A stretch of 64,000 nt of DNA from Azoarcus sp. (GTDB lineage: Bacteria; Pseudomonadota; Gammaproteobacteria; Burkholderiales; Rhodocyclaceae), in the NCBI GenBank assembly GCA_031277415.1, contig JAITMK010000132.1, forward strand, positions 3,977-67,976, given 5' to 3'. The notes below the pieces were generated by a model that saw only the letters and a program-made list of their open reading frames with translations, had not been told where the DNA came from and made no database searches. Positions within the stretch are counted from its first letter, which is position 1, and every line of letters begins with the position of its first letter. Below, one piece after another: positions 21,325 through 28,973 of this stretch. The position numbers and the translations under genes are program-made.

Positions 21325-23330
21325 AGGGATTGAGCGCGTACCTGCCTAATGCTCTATTCCGTAACCGTGTTCCTGCGGAACGCGCCGCTGCGCTCTCGCT
21401 GCATCGAGACCAGGGGGTCTGGCTCCTGGCAGCCGCAGCACTGACCCTCGTTCCTCATCTGCCCCAACTGCCCGCCTGGAGCATCGCGCTCTGCACAGCG
21501 CTGCTCATCTGGCGCAGTTGGCGTTTCTGGCACGGGAAAGCCGCGCCGCCGCGCTGGGTATTGCCGCCGCTCGTGCTGGCCGTCGCCGTCGGCATCCGCC
21601 TCGACCTGGGGCAATTTTTCGGTAAAACGCCAGGGCTGATTTTCCTGGCGGCGCTGCTTTGCCTGAAACTGTTGGAAATCCGGAACATGCGCGATATCCG
21701 CGTCGTGGTGCTTCTGTGCTTTTTCCTTCAGTTCGGGCTGTTCTTCAACGATCAATCCATGTCCGCCGCAGCACTGGCCCTTGTTGCCCTGCTGGTCACG
21801 CTCGGCAGCCAGATCGCGCTGGCCGATCCGTCCAGCAGCACACGCGAACGCCTGAAAACGGGCGCGGCATTGCTTGCGCTCGGCGTGCCGTTCATGCTGG
21901 CGCTGTTCCTGCTTTTCCCCCGGATTCCGCCGCTGTGGGGTATCCCAACGGATACGGTCGCCTCCACCGGCCTGTCCGATTCGATGTCGCCCGGTTCGAT
22001 CAGTGAATTGATCCTCTCGGACGAACTCGCTTTCGCCGTGGAATTCGACGGCCCTCTTCCGGCTCCGGCCGACCGCTACTGGCGCGGCCCGGTACTGAGC
22101 CAGTTCGATGGCCGCATCTGGCGCATGGCGGCACGTTTGCCGAAAGAGCTTCCTGCCTATACGCCCTCCGGCCGCCGTTTCGATTACCGGATCATGCTCG
22201 AACCTCACCAAAAGCACTTTGTACCAACGCTCGATTACCCCGCCGGGCCGGTGGAAGGAGTGCGTTTTTCCCTCGATTTTCAAACGCTGACGCAACATCC
22301 GGTCAGCTACCGCAGGCAATTCACGTTCAGCGCCTTTCCCGATACGGAAGTCGGACTACAGGAATACCAATACCCGGCAATGCTCGATCTGGCTCGCCGT
22401 TTGCCCATCGAAGGCAATCCGCGCGCACGGGCGCTGGCCGCCGAACTGAAAACGAGAACGCCCCAGCAAACGGTCGGCCGGATTCTTGGCTGGTTTTCCG
22501 AGGGACAATTCACCTACACGCTACAACCTCCAAAGCTCGGAGAAGACAGCATCGATTCTTTCCTGTTCGACACCCGCGCAGGCTTTTGCGAACACTTTGC
22601 CGAGGCTTTTGTTTTTCTGGCACGTGCGGCGAACATCCCGGCTCGCGTGGTTACAGGCTACCAGGGAGGGCATGTCAACCCCATCAACGGAACCATCAGC
22701 GTGCGCCAGTCGGACGCCCACGCCTGGGCCGAAGTCTGGTACGCGAAGCGCGGCTGGGTCAGGGTCGACCCCACCGCGCTCGTCGCGCCGATGCGTATCG
22801 AACAGGGGCTGGAAGGAGCGCTGGACAGGGGATTGCCCTTCATGTTGCGCCCGGAAAACGCATGGTTCCGCAAAGCGCGTGACGGTTGGGAAGCCGTCGC
22901 AATACGATGGAACCGGCTGGTCATTGCATATGACGGCAACCGGCAACGCGATCTGCTGAAATCCTTCGGGCTGGATGTTTTTTCTCCGTCGAAAGCGCTC
23001 GGTGTGGTTTCCATCGCCACCGCTCTCCTGATGGTCGCGTTTTACGGTTGGGCACAACTTCGCCGAAATGACGGCAGAATCGACCGCCTCGACAAAGCCT
23101 GGGCACGATTTTCGGCGCGGCTTGCCCCGCTCGGCCTTGCCCGCGCACCCGCCGAAGGCCCGCTCGACTACGCCAGAAGACTGGCTTCCTCCCGGCCTGC
23201 CGATGCCGATGATCTCACCTTGATCTGTACCCGGTACGCCCGTTTGCGTTATCGTCTACCGCCCTTGCGTGCGGAAGTCGACGCACTGGCACGTATCATT
23301 GATACTTTCAGCTTCAAACCGTCGGTTTGA
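21315..23330 (+). CDS. tgpA: TgpA-like DUF3488/transglutaminase membrane protein
   Basis: Multi-TM N-terminus; GFCEHFA, RVVTGYQGG, DAHAWAEVW, WVRVDPT catalytic motifs. Confidence 0.88.
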   Translation: MGIKGLSAYLPNALFRNRVPAERAAALSLHRDQGVWLLAAAALTLVPHLPQLPAWSIALCTALLIWRSWRFWHGKAAPPRWVLPPLVLAVAVGIRLDLGQFFGKTPGLIFLAALLCLKLLEIRNMRDIRVVVLLCFFLQFGLFFNDQSMSAAALALVALLVTLGSQIALADPSSSTRERLKTGAALLALGVPFMLALFLLFPRIPPLWGIPTDTVASTGLSDSMSPGSISELILSDELAFAVEFDGPLPAPADRYWRGPVLSQFDGRIWRMAARLPKELPAYTPSGRRFDYRIMLEPHQKHFVPTLDYPAGPVEGVRFSLDFQTLTQHPVSYRRQFTFSAFPDTEVGLQEYQYPAMLDLARRLPIEGNPRARALAAELKTRTPQQTVGRILGWFSEGQFTYTLQPPKLGEDSIDSFLFDTRAGFCEHFAEAFVFLARAANIPARVVTGYQGGHVNPINGTISVRQSDAHAWAEVWYAKRGWVRVDPTALVAPMRIEQGLEGALDRGLPFMLRPENAWFRKARDGWEAVAIRWNRLVIAYDGNRQRDLLKSFGLDVFSPSKALGVVSIATALLMVAFYGWAQLRRNDGRIDRLDKAWARFSARLAPLGLARAPAEGPLDYARRLASSRPADADDLTLICTRYARLRYRLPPLRAEVDALARIIDTFSFKPSV

Positions 23331-23412
23331 CCGGCACACAACCCGCAATAAGTCTTCGCGCCGATGCAATCCCTGTCTGGCAAACAGAGTTCACGATGAA
23401 GAGTTTTTTCAA

Positions 23413-24555
23413 ATGAGATCAAAACCCCCCTCCTCTCTGCTTCGCCTGGGCATCGTTTTCCTGACGCTCACCTTCGGGCCGGTCTGCACGCGCGCGGATT
23501 TCACAACGCGCGAAGATGTCACCGCTTTCATCGAAGAAATCGCCGCGCGCAATGAACTCGACCCCGCGCCAATCTACGTGGCACTTTCCCGCGCCAGTTA
23601 TCTGCCACGCGTCATCGAACTGATCAAGCCGCCCACCAAACGCGGGGCACGATCATGGAAACGTTATCGCAGCCAGTTTCTCGGCCACACGCATATCGAA
23701 GCCGGACTCAAAGCCTGGACGCAGTACGAAAGCGAATTGCGCCAGGCTGAAAAGCAATACGGCGTGCCGCCGGAAATCGTCCTGGCCATTCTCGGGGTGG
23801 AAACGATTTACGGTCGCAATACGGGCAGTTTCGAAACGCTTTCCGCACTGGCTACGCTGGCCTTCGACTATCCGCCGCGCGCCGACCTGTTTCGCGGCGA
23901 ACTGGAGTCGCTCTTCCTGCTCGCCAGGGATCAGAAACGCGACCCGGCCAGTTACACCGGCTCCTACGCAGGCGCAATCGGCTGGCCGCAATTCCTGCCG
24001 AGCAGCATCCTCCGTTTTGCGGTGGATTTCGACGGCAGCGGAAAAATCGACTTCGACAGCGACGCAGTAGACGCCATCGGCAGCATCGCCAATTACCTGC
24101 GCGAACACGGCTGGGCGGCGGGCGCGCCCATCGCAGTAAGAGTCCGGCTCACTCCCGGCGCGGATCCCGTGCCGCTCATCGAAGCAGGCATCGAACCCCG
24201 TTTAAGCCAGACACAACTGCAAGAAGCCGGTATCCGCCCGCTCACCGGCTCCCTGCGTCCCAACGATGAAGCCGCGTTTGTCGACCTGGAAACACCGGGA
24301 GCAGATACCGAATACTGGCTCGGCTACCGCAATTTCTACGCCATCACCCGCTACAACCGCAGCAGTTTCTACGCAATGGCGGTATTTCAGTTGGCGGATG
24401 CGCTACGAACGGCGCATAACGGCGGCAGTGTCGACGCCGCATCCCCCAAACCCGCAACAGCGCGCAAGGCTTCGCCAAAGGCCAAGGCAGGCAAGTCATC
24501 CAAAGCAACGCCGCGCAAGAAACAGGCGCCGCAGCGCTCGCGCCGGACGAAGTGA
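23413..24555 (+). CDS. mltB: Lytic murein transglycosylase B
   Basis: ILGVETIYG, GSYAGAIGWPQFLPSS, VDFDGSGKID, AITRYNRS. Confidence 0.93.
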   Translation: MRSKPPSSLLRLGIVFLTLTFGPVCTRADFTTREDVTAFIEEIAARNELDPAPIYVALSRASYLPRVIELIKPPTKRGARSWKRYRSQFLGHTHIEAGLKAWTQYESELRQAEKQYGVPPEIVLAILGVETIYGRNTGSFETLSALATLAFDYPPRADLFRGELESLFLLARDQKRDPASYTGSYAGAIGWPQFLPSSILRFAVDFDGSGKIDFDSDAVDAIGSIANYLREHGWAAGAPIAVRVRLTPGADPVPLIEAGIEPRLSQTQLQEAGIRPLTGSLRPNDEAAFVDLETPGADTEYWLGYRNFYAITRYNRSSFYAMAVFQLADALRTAHNGGSVDAASPKPATARKASPKAKAGKSSKATPRKKQAPQRSRRTK

Positions 24556-24565
24556 TCACGCACAT

Positions 24566-24829
24566 TCAAAGCAGCAGCGTCATCAACAATTCTCCCTCGC
24601 TGACCGAATCGCCTTCGGCAACCCGCACCTCCTGCACGGTTCCGGCCCAGGGCGAAGAGATATCGAGCGCAACCTTGCCGGTTTCCAGGACGAGAACCGT
24701 ATCGTCACACGCGACACGGTCGCCGGGTGCAACAACGATTTCGAGCACAGACACCTCACCCTGCCCGCAACATCCGCAAGACTCCCAGCACTCGGGGAAC
24801 CTGGGCATACGAATTTCCTTGAACGGCAT
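24566..24829 (-). CDS. Stand-alone lipoyl/biotinyl-attachment domain protein with Cys-rich loop
   Basis: VAPGDRV...VLETGKVALDISSPWAGTVQEVRVAEGDSV pattern; CWESCGCC insertion. Confidence 0.75.
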   Translation of the reverse strand: MPFKEIRMPRFPECWESCGCCGQGEVSVLEIVVAPGDRVACDDTVLVLETGKVALDISSPWAGTVQEVRVAEGDSVSEGELLMTLLL

Positions 24830-25034
24830 GGCGGCGACACATTGAGCAGAATTTCCGGCAAGCCATTATATCCGGAGGTTTGAACCTGCCGTCATGAAAC
24901 CATTACCGGCGCCTGCCCACAACAGGAAGAACAACCCACGGAAAGCGTGACTCCTGCTTTTACAGAAAGAAAATACATGGTTTCAACCACTTTACAGACC
25001 CGGAAACGCACACTACAATGCGCCCTCTTTCGTC

Positions 25035-25110
<76 letters not shown>

Positions 25111-25122
25111 GGAAAGAACCGC

Positions 25123-25198
25123 GTCCCCATCGTCTAGAGGCCTAGGACACCGCCCTTTCACGGCGATAACCGGGGTTCGAATCCCCGTGGGGACGCCA
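25123..25198 (+). tRNA. tRNA-Glu (TTC); probable prophage attL
   Basis: GTCCCCA/TGGGGAC acceptor, CTTTCAC loop, encoded CCA; C27-A43 mismatch. Confidence 0.95.
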
Positions 25199-26672
25199 CC
25201 TGTACCCCGCTTTTTTGCGGGCTGAAGCGGAAAGTAATTTCCGCCTCAAACGTTGTGGCGTCAAGCGTGATGCCCTCTACCATCTCGCGCAGCATGTCGG
25301 CTAAGCCCTCCGGGGCTGCGCCGCCCATGTCGCCAACAATCCCTTTGAGCATCCGTTTCACGTCCGACGCGCTTATCTCTCTTAGCACACGCGCGTTCGC
25401 GTTTTCACTCTCCATCCCTTCAAGCCTTACCTTGAGCGTTTCTCGCTCATCTTCACAGGCCTCGATCTGGCGAAGTAGCGCATCCGGCGCGCTGGTCTCT
25501 GAGAGCAAATCTACGAGGCGAGTAATTTTCTTGTCGATTTCCGCAATCCTGCGTTTAACGCTCGCGATTTCATCCGTGTTACTGCCTGCCGTTTTCGACA
25601 GCTTGCGGTAGTGCTCTGCAATGGATGAAGCCATTTCATCAGAGCGCATCTGCTCGATGACGCTCTCGACAATCACGCGCTCAATGGTGTCTGCTTGGAT
25701 TCTCGCGCCTTTTCCGATGCGGTACGTCCCGCCGTCTCCACTCCACGCGATACCCTCAGGAGAGACAAGCAGACCCGAAAGCAGATAGACGCGCTTCGCA
25801 GGTTTTCCGCCACTTCGTTTTTTCTGCTCGACCTGCGCCAGTATCGCTTCTGCCTCTTCGTCAGATATCAGCGCATCGTGTGTGTTCCTTTGGATGATCC
25901 ATTCTGCGCGTGGACGGTACTTCTGCCCTCCGACGTATCCATTGCCTGACTTTTCCGCTGTGCGGTTCCAGACAGTATGCCCAGCGTAGGTGAGCGCATT
26001 GCGCTCGATCTCTAGCAAGCTTGTGGTAGGTATGCCCGTACCTGCCAATTCCAAGGCGCGTGAGCGCTTAAATCCGCGCGCTCTGTGCATGAGGTAAGCG
26101 CGAACCTTGACGGCTTCCTCATTCGGCGCCAAGCGCGATTTCGTAACGCGCTGCCCGTCCCTTACTGCGCCGGTTTCTTCGTACTGTAGACGGTATCCTC
26201 GTGGCGCGCGACCGCCTGCCCGCCAGCCTTGTCGGATGTTTTCCGCCATACCTGATAGACCTTTCGCCTTGCTCGTCAGGCTGTGCCATTCGTCCATAGC
26301 TTGCAGGATGGACTTTAGCAGCATTTCCGTGATGGGGTCAGCGTCCGGCAGGCTCTTGTAAATAATCTTGATGCCGCGCCGGGCGCATTCGTGCTCCTCG
26401 AAGATGATGGCGAGTGCACGCCGCCGGGCAATACGTGCTGTATCCAGCACAAGGATATGATCCCATTTTCTGTCGGCTGATCGGATAGCGCGAAGCAGGG
26501 ATTGAAACCCTGGCCTATCGTCGTCCTTACCGCTCTCTACCGCATCAGCGAACTCAGCGACAATTACGATACCGCGCGCGGAAGCAAGTTCTGACAGCGC
26601 ACGCCTCTGCGCGTCTATGGAAACGTCAGAACGATCTTTTGAAGATCGGAGGTAGCTGGCCGCGCGGATCAT
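25158..26672 (-). CDS. Large serine recombinase (integrase)
   Basis: YLRSS catalytic Ser, DTARIAR, GWRAGGRAPRGY, WIIQRNTHDALIS, coiled coil; ends ASPRGFEPRLSP over the tRNA. Confidence 0.93.
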   Translation of the reverse strand: MIRAASYLRSSKDRSDVSIDAQRRALSELASARGIVIVAEFADAVESGKDDDRPGFQSLLRAIRSADRKWDHILVLDTARIARRRALAIIFEEHECARRGIKIIYKSLPDADPITEMLLKSILQAMDEWHSLTSKAKGLSGMAENIRQGWRAGGRAPRGYRLQYEETGAVRDGQRVTKSRLAPNEEAVKVRAYLMHRARGFKRSRALELAGTGIPTTSLLEIERNALTYAGHTVWNRTAEKSGNGYVGGQKYRPRAEWIIQRNTHDALISDEEAEAILAQVEQKKRSGGKPAKRVYLLSGLLVSPEGIAWSGDGGTYRIGKGARIQADTIERVIVESVIEQMRSDEMASSIAEHYRKLSKTAGSNTDEIASVKRRIAEIDKKITRLVDLLSETSAPDALLRQIEACEDERETLKVRLEGMESENANARVLREISASDVKRMLKGIVGDMGGAAPEGLADMLREMVEGITLDATTFEAEITFRFSPQKSGVQVASPRGFEPRLSP

Positions 26673-26756
26673 AGCGCGGTAAGTCTAACCATTTTGCCGA
26701 CGCCAGGAAAATGGTTTTGTTTGTCATAAAACACAGTTAAGCATAGACAACTATGC

Positions 26757-27254
26757 TTACTTCGGCCACGCGCCGATCAATGTTCGCCGCTCGATCTCAC
26801 ATCGGTCAGATTGTTCTGCCACCTCGACAAGTCGATCACCACACTCTCCGAGAGCATCGGCTGCGGCTCTAGCGACACGGAGGCAGGCGGAGGAGGTATC
26901 TGGGGGCAGACTGTTTGTGGCCGCAACCCCTGCGTCGCGCAACCGGCGAACAGCATCAGCAGCAGCACGGGTAGCAGCATCCTTTTCGATTCGTAGCTTG
27001 ACATTCTCTTTCTCCGATTCGTTCGCGGCGTTCTGCCACGCTTGCTCTTTCGCGCGCGCATCGGCGAGAGACTGCGCGTAAACTTCTGCCGCCTTCAACC
27101 TCTCGCCTTCCCAAGCAAGTTGTTCCGCTGCAAGTTGCGACTTCGCGGCGGCTGTCTTGCCAGACTGCACCGCGCTGCCCGCCATGTATCCGGCGATAGA
27201 CGCCACAACGGCGATGGCAAGCGCGATCAGTTGGGTTTTGTTGATCGGAATCAT
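26757..27254 (-). CDS. Rz-like inner-membrane spanin
   Basis: N-terminal TM, Ala-rich coiled coil, last gene of lysis cassette. Confidence 0.8.
   Translation of the reverse strand: MIPINKTQLIALAIAVVASIAGYMAGSAVQSGKTAAAKSQLAAEQLAWEGERLKAAEVYAQSLADARAKEQAWQNAANESEKENVKLRIEKDAATRAAADAVRRLRDAGVAATNSLPPDTSSACLRVARAAADALGECGDRLVEVAEQSDRCEIERRTLIGAWPK
26777..26980 (-). CDS. Rz1-like outer-membrane spanin embedded in Rz (+1 frame)
   Basis: MLLPVLLLMLFAG-C lipobox, Pro-rich mature part, GAAAAGG RBS, fully inside Rz. Confidence 0.85.
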   Translation of the reverse strand: MLLPVLLLMLFAGCATQGLRPQTVCPQIPPPPASVSLEPQPMLSESVVIDLSRWQNNLTDVRSSGEH

Positions 27255-27352
27255 TTGAGCTTGTCTGTGTGGTCAAGCCCGGCGTACATGCCAAAGCAAC
27301 CGACCAACACACCAATCACGAAACTCAGAAATGAGTAACCAGCAACGTCCAT
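27251..27352 (-). CDS. 33-aa single-TM protein in lysis cassette
   Basis: AGGAG RBS, MDVAGYSFLSFVIGVLVGCFGMYAG; stop overlaps Rz ATG. Confidence 0.55.
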   Translation of the reverse strand: MDVAGYSFLSFVIGVLVGCFGMYAGLDHTDKLK

Positions 27353-27365
27353 GATGAATCTCCTT

Positions 27366-27905
27366 TTAGTTAATGGCGGAATGACATAACTCCGCCCGGG
27401 CTTTCGCGCGGGTCCACACGCCCGCGCAAATCTTGTTTCCCGGTGTGGCACAATCGAACTTGCGCACGAACCGATACCGTAGGTAAAAATCGCAGTGCTC
27501 TTGGAGTTTCCTAGCACGCGCCAAGGTGAGCAGAGACGAGTTGCGCCATGTCGTGCAGCCGAACTGATGCACGAAATCCCCCGCCAGATCGACCAACGTC
27601 ATTGGCGTCTTGCAGTCAGGGCATGACCGTCGGACGCAATCCACGTTCTCTTTCGTGGCCAGTGAAAATTCTTCAATGGCGCGCTCGATACTGACGCGAT
27701 CACCCGGCTTCACGCGTAAGCCTGTGCTCGGGTAGTACGTCAATCCACCAACGTCGAGCGTGTGCGGGTCACCCGGCACGGGGACAATGGCAACAGATTC
27801 CGTTGCGCCAGGTTTCGGTGCACCCTCGTAATTCAGCGTGAAGGCAATCCCGGCGGCAGTCATCGCCGCGACCGATCCCCATGTAACGGCGTTTTTCCTG
27901 ATCAT
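27366..27905 (-). CDS. SAR-type endolysin (T4-lysozyme-like)
   Basis: Weakly hydrophobic Ala/Gly N-terminus followed by NYEG catalytic Glu and PGDPHT; FDCATPGNKICAGVWTR. Confidence 0.8.
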   Translation of the reverse strand: MIRKNAVTWGSVAAMTAAGIAFTLNYEGAPKPGATESVAIVPVPGDPHTLDVGGLTYYPSTGLRVKPGDRVSIERAIEEFSLATKENVDCVRRSCPDCKTPMTLVDLAGDFVHQFGCTTWRNSSLLTLARARKLQEHCDFYLRYRFVRKFDCATPGNKICAGVWTRAKARAELCHSAIN

Positions 27906-28237
27906 TTCTCGCCCCCAGCGTTACCAATATCATCGGCAATCCGTAGCACCTTCAACACATCCTGTAGGGAGAGTGATGGGTTAGAAGAAAGCGTTTCAAC
28001 CAACGGCGCAAGAATCTTGTGCCGTGTATCTGTAAGCCGCGTCTGCGAATCCAGAGCTGCAACCTTAGCTGCACTCTCAATCTTTCCCCGTCTGTCACGC
28101 CGGTATAAAAAAATTGCCGGAATCAAAACGCCGAATAGAAAACCAAGCAATCCTAACCATTTGTCGATTGTCATACCTGCGGCAGTTGCAGTAATAACAC
28201 CAAATGCGCTGGCGAGTTTTTCTTGTATTTGGCTCAT
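27902..28237 (-). CDS. Putative holin
   Basis: Two hydrophobic segments, basic cluster RRDRR, directly upstream of endolysin. Confidence 0.65.
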   Translation of the reverse strand: MSQIQEKLASAFGVITATAAGMTIDKWLGLLGFLFGVLIPAIFLYRRDRRGKIESAAKVAALDSQTRLTDTRHKILAPLVETLSSNPSLSLQDVLKVLRIADDIGNAGGEK

Positions 28238-28240
28238 GAA

Positions 28241-28972
28241 TCAATACCTCTCAGGAACAGTGTAATTACCAATGTATCTCGCCGCTCTGGTAACGCGCAG
28301 TCGTCTAAAGTTGAACGGTGTGTTCTGTAATGCCGAACCTTGAGGGGTAGCACCTATAAATGACCCGCCATTTGATCCAAAATCAAAAATTGTTGTATTT
28401 CCTGAAACTGAACCTCCATATTGAACCCCATCAAAAAAAGCATATAAATTACCACCTCTGCGCATGAACGCATACTCGTGCATTCCTTGTAACATTTGTG
28501 AATTGTGAAACCCGCCAGCGTTTGTTCTAAGTACAACAGCAGATCCAGATGCAGCGATCCATCCAACATTGTTCGCCCAGTTTTTACCTGCAAATACAAC
28601 AGAAAAGCCAACTATATTATCGGAAAACTCCGACGCAAATTCTATTGTGAAATCTTGATTTGATTGAATATATAAATGTCCTTTATCGTTCACCTCGAAA
28701 TGCTTACCGAACGTAATCCCTGAAGCGACACCGCTTATAAAATCTGCGCCACCAACAGGCGTAATTGTGTGCTCGTATCTCGATTGATCGACGGCACTGC
28801 CCTCAATTAGTAATACTGTCTCATTCCAGTAAGGGTCAAATATAACTTCCCGGACGTTTGTGCCGTCGTTGTGCAACAGCCGTTTTGCGGTTCGCAGTGT
28901 GCCGACATCGTTGTATATCAGCCTTCGCGCTGTGCGCGGCGTGCCGGTATCGTTGTATATGAACCGTGACAT
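28241..28972 (-). CDS. Putative receptor-binding/tail-tip protein, lectin (LamG/ConA)-like beta domain
   Basis: DPYWNETVLL, DFTIEF, LYAFFDG, LRVTRAARY..NYTVP pattern; 1 nt after fibre stop. Confidence 0.6.
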   Translation of the reverse strand: MSRFIYNDTGTPRTARRLIYNDVGTLRTAKRLLHNDGTNVREVIFDPYWNETVLLIEGSAVDQSRYEHTITPVGGADFISGVASGITFGKHFEVNDKGHLYIQSNQDFTIEFASEFSDNIVGFSVVFAGKNWANNVGWIAASGSAVVLRTNAGGFHNSQMLQGMHEYAFMRRGGNLYAFFDGVQYGGSVSGNTTIFDFGSNGGSFIGATPQGSALQNTPFNFRRLRVTRAARYIGNYTVPERY

Positions 28973-28973
28973 G

